Source: Paracoccaceae bacterium
GTDB taxonomy: Bacteria; Pseudomonadota; Alphaproteobacteria; Rhodobacterales; Rhodobacteraceae
DNA: 64,000 nucleotides
Reading direction: 5' to 3'
Assembly (NCBI GenBank): GCA_049116435.1
Contig: JAGDYX010000001.1
Span: forward strand, 2,584,689-2,648,688
In this document: one piece after another, positions 59,082 through 64,000 of the stretch
Layout: each line of letters starts with the position of its first letter
How positions within the stretch are numbered: the stretch's first letter is position 1
Program-made: the position numbers and the translations under genes
The notes under the pieces: generated by a model
Told to the model about the DNA's origin: nothing
Seen by the model: the letters and a program-made list of their open reading frames with translations, nothing else
The model's database searches: none

Positions 59082-59524
59082 TTTTTACTCCTGTAAACAG
59101 AGACGCCACGGCAGCGCCATACCCTTCAACAATGGGTGCCCGAAAGCTCTTCCACCAGGATGTCAACATCTCCCGAACGTTCAAGCACCGCCGGGATTCA
59201 GCTAACACCACGCTTGGACGACCTGTCAAACTTTAGGGCAAGTTTGTGGCAAAACCCCCGTGTTGAGCCGTACAATGTGTCTGAAATACATGTTTTTTCC
59301 ATGAATCGGCTACAGTAGCACCTCAGGTTTCACGAAATATAAACGATTGTTTTTGCGGATTGATTCGGATCGCTGCCTAATCTGAGGATGGTTTGCCCGG
59401 GAAATCGGAGCCGGAACCGCATCCGGAACCAGCGCGCTCTCGACGCGAACACAGTCCTGCCACAATTGGCCGAGGAGGGCGGCGCGCGGCTCGGAATGGG
59501 AGAAATCTCGCACTGGAAAACCTG

Positions 59525-59548
59525 AGCCGCGCGCGAGTCTCAGCGCGG
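59525..59548 (-). terminator. candidate rho-independent terminator after tadG
   Basis: On the minus strand: GCCGCGC-tgagactcgc-GCGCGGC, followed by TCAGGTTTTCC. Confidence 0.35.
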
Positions 59549-59706
59549 CCGCTCGCACAAGAGCTTGGAGCCTTGCATCCCGTTTAAGGAGACGTCCTTT
59601 CCGAATGCACAGGGAGACGGTCCATCACAGGAAACAGGAGAGCGTCTTGTTTCCCGCGCGTCGCGTTCAACCGCGATGCCCGTAGAATACCGCAAGCAAA
59701 TCCGGC

Positions 59707-61263
59707 CTAGCGCTTGAGAATAGCTTCCCTGATGAATTTCTCGTTCAGCGCCTCGCTGCCGGCAAAGCCAACAATATCCGTGAGCTCGAAATCAAGACCA
59801 TCCTGCGTCCCCTCCATCGGAGACGTTGTAAAGACCGTGGCATAGGCCTCGACAGGGATGTCAGTCCCGGCCCCTGTCCAAGAATACGTGTCACAGTTCA
59901 CGATGGCTGTGAAAAGCTCGCGGCGCCCCTCTTCTGAGCCGCTTGGGGGCGTCACAAACGGTGGCTCTGCGTTCAACTCGTACTGGTGGATGTCGAACCG
60001 TGACGGGAGCGAGTCACTGGTCAAGATGGGTGTCGTCGGATCACCCTCATTCGGGTAGGTACGGCGGACAGTCGGGCTCAAACTGTCATCCCACCGGACA
60101 CCGTGTTTTGCTTCCCAATACCCCTCAACAAAAGTTCCCGAAACTGTAGAGCCGGCAACCGTATAGGAACACGAATTTCCATCAGAAAGCCCGGCATAAG
60201 ACATGGTTTCATAGCTGGAACCATCCGCGATAATGGGCTCCCCGGAACCATCCTGACACTCCCCACGGAGGTTCCAGTTGCTGTCTGTGCCGAGAGTGGA
60301 TCCTGGAATCGCCAGAGGATCCATCACTACATTGTACCATGCTTCGTCGCCCGAAGACTGGTGGGAGAAGTTGTTTATGTTTTCGTCCTGCGGATACTCG
60401 CTTTGTGTCCCATTGAAGGGCCCCGTGTAAATGCCATAACGGGTATTGAACCCTTGGCGCACGCTTGTCACCGCACCAGGCTCGGTGTCAACGGTATCGC
60501 CGGAAAAGCATTCGTTCGCGCCGCCGGCCATGGCCTCGCGCAGGACATTGGCGCCGGTCCCGTATGTTCTCAGATACCCCCAGTTCCCAGGCGCCGTTGG
60601 ATCTGCAGAGCCACCGCCCAACTGCTTGATAAGATGGAACATCCGCCCATGGTAACGCCCCTGGTTCATGGCCGTGAGTGTGTCCAAACCTTCAGCTTCG
60701 AACGGGTTGCAGATCATGATTGGAACGACCTTACACGCAACATCGGGATTTCTTGTGGCCACGGCCACGGCGCCGATCGGCACGTTATCCGTCAGGCCCA
60801 GAACGACGGCGAATAGGGGCTGAAGGTCATCCGACTGCGCGGAGACATAGACAAATTCGGCATCGGCATCGTCGCTCGTTGCGTTCGCCGTCAGCCAGGC
60901 AGAGTCGATCGGTGTCGTATCAAGGGCAGGAATATTGCTGAGGAAGACAACATTGAACGCATCGGTCGTGCTGCCGGTGGTATAAAGGAGTTCTTCCGGT
61001 CCCGCCTGATCGCGCGTGAGCAAGGCAACGGAATTGCTGAGCTCTTCCATCGCCGCGTTTGCCGCAGCAATGGCGCCCGGTTCCCCGTCAAGCTCTGCCG
61101 CCCCGGCCAGCGCCAGTGAATCGGCCGCGGCCTGAAGTTCCGCATGGGCGTTGTTGCCGCGTCCGATATCAAAGATGATCAGCGCGAACGCGAAGAAAAC
61201 AGGTAGAACAATTATCGAAAATAGAAGGACAAAGCCCCGTTCTTCTTTTCTGAAAGACCGCAT
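59707..61263 (-). CDS. tadG: TadG-like pilus assembly protein
   Basis: N-terminus RKEERGFVLLFSIIVLPVFFAFALIIFDIG is typical of the TadG/TadE-G-like family. 518 aa. Confidence 0.8.
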   Translation of the reverse strand: MRSFRKEERGFVLLFSIIVLPVFFAFALIIFDIGRGNNAHAELQAAADSLALAGAAELDGEPGAIAAANAAMEELSNSVALLTRDQAGPEELLYTTGSTTDAFNVVFLSNIPALDTTPIDSAWLTANATSDDADAEFVYVSAQSDDLQPLFAVVLGLTDNVPIGAVAVATRNPDVACKVVPIMICNPFEAEGLDTLTAMNQGRYHGRMFHLIKQLGGGSADPTAPGNWGYLRTYGTGANVLREAMAGGANECFSGDTVDTEPGAVTSVRQGFNTRYGIYTGPFNGTQSEYPQDENINNFSHQSSGDEAWYNVVMDPLAIPGSTLGTDSNWNLRGECQDGSGEPIIADGSSYETMSYAGLSDGNSCSYTVAGSTVSGTFVEGYWEAKHGVRWDDSLSPTVRRTYPNEGDPTTPILTSDSLPSRFDIHQYELNAEPPFVTPPSGSEEGRRELFTAIVNCDTYSWTGAGTDIPVEAYATVFTTSPMEGTQDGLDFELTDIVGFAGSEALNEKFIREAILKR

Positions 61264-61346
61264 AACACCCCCCGAAAGGATCAGTTTTCAATCATTACGC
61301 CGGGAACACATCCCGGCTGGTAAAGTCCCATAGATTCCGGCTTTGA

Positions 61347-61844
61347 TCAAGTTCCGGCAGTCATACGCATCAGAACCGGCAACAAAGCGGCAAGGCAAAT
61401 CACAACACCGTAGGGGGCCTTCCCCCCGGTCTTGAAAAATCTCATGCGTTGCTTGATCGCCCCACCTTCGCCCCCGCGTGCCGCGATCCACAGCGCCATC
61501 TGGAACAGGATCGTGACGAGCAGAAGCAGGATCACGAAAATGCCAACGTGAGAAAATCCCAGCATCAGGCCAAGCACGAAATAGAGCTTCACATCCCCCG
61601 CCCCGAGCAGGCGGAAGAGCCACATCAAGAGCGCGGGCAACGCCAGCAGGGCCGCGATGGCGAGATCTACCTTGAAAGAGGAAAACCCGTTCAGCGCCGC
61701 CCAGACAATATAGGTGACCAGCAAGGCAAGAACCGCCTTGTTGCGGATCTTGAGGTGCCAGAAATCATGCCAGGCCAGATGCGCCAGCTGGGCGAGCGCA
61801 AGAATGCCGACGGCAACTGAGACAGACGTCATCATGGCTGCCAC
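61347..61844 (-). CDS. cpaA: A24-family prepilin peptidase CpaA/TadV
   Basis: Polytopic, with two catalytic Asp contexts: AWHDFWHLKIRN and GAGDVKL. Confidence 0.85.
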   Translation of the reverse strand: MAAMMTSVSVAVGILALAQLAHLAWHDFWHLKIRNKAVLALLVTYIVWAALNGFSSFKVDLAIAALLALPALLMWLFRLLGAGDVKLYFVLGLMLGFSHVGIFVILLLLVTILFQMALWIAARGGEGGAIKQRMRFFKTGGKAPYGVVICLAALLPVLMRMTAGT

Positions 61845-61858
61845 CGGCTCCCCTTATT

Positions 61859-62362
61859 TCAGATGCCTCTCAGATCGCCCGGTGCACGTTTCGGGAAGTT
61901 GACCGAGTTGCGCAACAGCTCGAGGTTGTTGGCCGCGGTCTCGTTGGAGGGATCGATCTCGTAGGCGCGCAGGAAGTGGCGGCGCGCTCCGATCAGATCA
62001 CCGCGCAGCAGAAGCGAGTAGCCACGGTTGTTGTGATACTCGATCCGGTTGCCGATGATCGGGCGCAGCTTGGCATAGGCGACATCCGACTTGTCGAAAC
62101 GGCGCAGCATGTCCGCAGAGGCCGCGAACCCGAGCCATGCGGCCGGATCATTCGGGTAGACGTCCAGCGCCTTGTCGAATTCCGTGTAAGCGCGGCCATA
62201 GTTGCCGGCATTGAACTGCATCTTGGCCACAACCAGCGGATCGTCATCGGGATAGTACTCGCGGTTCGACGTATCGCGCGCGGTCGCAGCGTCTTCATTA
62301 TAACCGGAGAAGTTACAGCCGGCCAACGCCAGCACCAGCATGACTGGGATTAGTTTTTTCAT
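61859..62362 (-). CDS. TPR-repeat lipoprotein (TadD-like)
   Basis: Start taken at MKKLIPVMLVLALAGC (lipobox). TPR-like repeats follow. Confidence 0.7.
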   Translation of the reverse strand: MKKLIPVMLVLALAGCNFSGYNEDAATARDTSNREYYPDDDPLVVAKMQFNAGNYGRAYTEFDKALDVYPNDPAAWLGFAASADMLRRFDKSDVAYAKLRPIIGNRIEYHNNRGYSLLLRGDLIGARRHFLRAYEIDPSNETAANNLELLRNSVNFPKRAPGDLRGI

Positions 62363-62553
62363 GTCGTCCACTCACCTCAATCTCGCGCGGCACCTGGCCG
62401 ATTCTCCGGCCCTCATGCGCGACGCACGCAAAAACTACCTGTTTTTTAGAATCGTAACGCAGCGTTTCATTTCCAATCAAGCATTGTCCGAGAAGTTCGC
62501 GATATTGCTGCGTTTTGGGACCTTTTAGAGACAACCTGTGATGTTTGCGCTAC

Positions 62554-64000
62554 TCAACCCGGGCGAAAATCCTCGCAAAAATAGAAATGAAACTCCGTTT
62601 CTGCCGCACTTTGGTGCGTCACATCGCGGTCCGGCACGGGCATGGACCAGCTTAGTCTCGGCAACCCGTCCAGCTTGGTGCGCAGGACAATGAGATCAAG
62701 CTCGGGCAGTTTCCCGCAGACATCGACGAATTGCGCGCGGCTGACGGGGCCCTTGGCGCCAAGGTCGGCTTTCGCGGTGCAAACAGTGCCTTCTACGTCT
62801 TCGAATTCGTCCCCGTTGAGGCTGCGGAGAATGTCGGCGCGGCGCGCAACCTCCATGGCCTGTGCCCGGAAGAACAACTGTCCACCCTGCTGACGACAGG
62901 CATAGAATTGCGGGGTTTTCAGCTTGAACCAGGCCAGATCCAGCGCGTTGTCCCAATAAACGACACGCCCTGCCAGTGCCGACCGGATCTCACCCGGCAC
63001 AACCGCGTCGCCTAACACATAGCGCTGCCACGGCGTTCGGACGTCCCACAGCATGAGTCCGCCGATCAAGGCAAGGATCACGACCACGGACATGCGGGGC
63101 AGGTGTTCTGCAGAGTTTGTCCACCAGAGGCAGGCCGCCAGCAGTGCAAGGCAGAGACCAAGGCGGGTGCCCACGCCAGTGCCGAATTCCGGCACGCTCA
63201 GGGACAGCAGCGTCAGCCCTGCGAATACCGCCGGAAGCGCAAGGAACCGGCCCACCCAGCTTGATGCGGCGGGACGCGCCCGCATCTCGATGAGCAGCGA
63301 GAGCATGGCGAGGCAGGCTGCCGCCGATGACATCGCGGGCAAGCGGTCCAGCTGAAACTCGATCACGTTGAACAGACAGGCCAACATGAAAAGCCGACGC
63401 GACCAGCTGCCGGCAGGCAAAGCGCACAGGGCCGCAATGCTCAGCAAGTTGCCGAGCAAAGCGATCCAAAGAAGGCCGCGCCAAAGCTGAAGTGAGGTCA
63501 GGAAACGGTTGGCGAGCAAATCAGCGCCGATGATCGCCGCCAGCAGGGTCGCCCCGCCGACAATCAGGACGGAGCGCGCGAGGGCGCGCGGAGCTGCGTC
63601 TCCTCTGAGCGCCACGATCACCAGTGAGGTGATCGCGGGCAGCATGATGATGACCCCATTGCCGGCCCAGGCGGATGGGAAGCCCATCGATGCGGTGCCA
63701 GACAGAAGCGCCAACCACGCGGGATCGTATCGCTCGAACAGCCACGTAAAGGGCACAAGTCCGATCCAGCCCAAGGCGAGCCCCACAAGCGCAGCGGCAC
63801 AGGCAATGGCCAGCCAGATTGCGAAAGAGCGCACCGCGAACCAGAGCCAGAGCGCAGCGACGCCAAGCCCGGTCAGGGGGTGCAAGACACCTGCCACCAG
63901 CGTCAGGCCCAGTCCGTAGGCGTGCTTTCCCTTCAAACCGAAATAAATCGCGATCAGCCCCGCGGCTTCAGCGAAGGGGCGCGGGACGACATACCCTTCG
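62554..64000 (-). CDS. large polytopic membrane protein, unknown function (5' end outside window)
   Basis: The reading frame stays open upstream of the TTG at 63936 to the window edge (my own translation). At least 10 hydrophobic segments and a ~130-aa soluble C-terminus. Confidence 0.6.
   Translation of the reverse strand, partial: EGYVVPRPFAEAAGLIAIYFGLKGKHAYGLGLTLVAGVLHPLTGLGVAALWLWFAVRSFAIWLAIACAAALVGLALGWIGLVPFTWLFERYDPAWLALLSGTASMGFPSAWAGNGVIIMLPAITSLVIVALRGDAAPRALARSVLIVGGATLLAAIIGADLLANRFLTSLQLWRGLLWIALLGNLLSIAALCALPAGSWSRRLFMLACLFNVIEFQLDRLPAMSSAAACLAMLSLLIEMRARPAASSWVGRFLALPAVFAGLTLLSLSVPEFGTGVGTRLGLCLALLAACLWWTNSAEHLPRMSVVVILALIGGLMLWDVRTPWQRYVLGDAVVPGEIRSALAGRVVYWDNALDLAWFKLKTPQFYACRQQGGQLFFRAQAMEVARRADILRSLNGDEFEDVEGTVCTAKADLGAKGPVSRAQFVDVCGKLPELDLIVLRTKLDGLPRLSWSMPVPDRDVTHQSAAETEFHFYFCEDFRPG

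Overview
This is a high-GC segment that looks alphaproteobacterial, probably Rhodobacteraceae; that assignment rests only on protein similarity and gene order. I saw no rRNA, tRNA or CRISPR array. The window falls into four blocks.

(1) 1-20.7 kb is a mosaic accessory block that looks lower in G+C.
- It starts with rimK plus an AstE/AspA-family deacylase.
- A catalytic-domain-only tyrosine recombinase abuts a truncated antiporter gene.
- A small CoA-ligase / citryl-CoA-lyase-like / VOC / hemerythrin cluster follows.
- There is a decayed serine-recombinase relic.
- An ECF sigma factor is paired with a vWA-domain anti-sigma factor.
- A GMC-oxidoreductase deletion scar, a NarL-type two-component system, a secreted EF-hand protein with a polyacidic tail, a sulfotransferase and two GNATs complete the block.
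- An intact IS30-family element closes it.

(2) 20.8-26.8 kb is urtEDCBA (urea ABC transporter). It is followed by a small AT-rich insert carrying an HGGxSTG-type two-gene cassette, and the insert ends in a truncated motB.

(3) 29-48 kb holds a six-gene TRAP transporter / amidase / 2-hydroxyacid dehydrogenase operon. It also holds the C-P lyase cluster phnF, phnGHIJKLN, a DUF1045 gene and phnM, with no phnCDE in the window, and an RND efflux pair.

(4) 48-64 kb is a complete Tad/Flp pilus locus, all on the minus strand. Two genes in it are non-canonical: an L,D-transpeptidase wedged between cpaE and cpaF, and a 456-aa AAA+ ATPase after tadC.

Sequence-level observations not explained by genes:
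- A dispersed REP-like palindrome family (AATGACCGCTT ... AAGCGGTCATT) has at least 7 copies, all in the first 28 kb.
- The IS30 element is inserted exactly in the loop of one copy.
- A 9-bp inverted repeat containing GTCTA lies in the phnF-phnG intergenic region and is a candidate PhnF operator.

I did not find anything I can call a novel system with confidence. The best candidates for follow-up are the extra AAA+ ATPase and the L,D-transpeptidase in the Tad locus, the HGGxSTG cassette, and the REP/IS30 relationship. The many long ORFs antisense to clear genes are treated as high-GC shadow ORFs.
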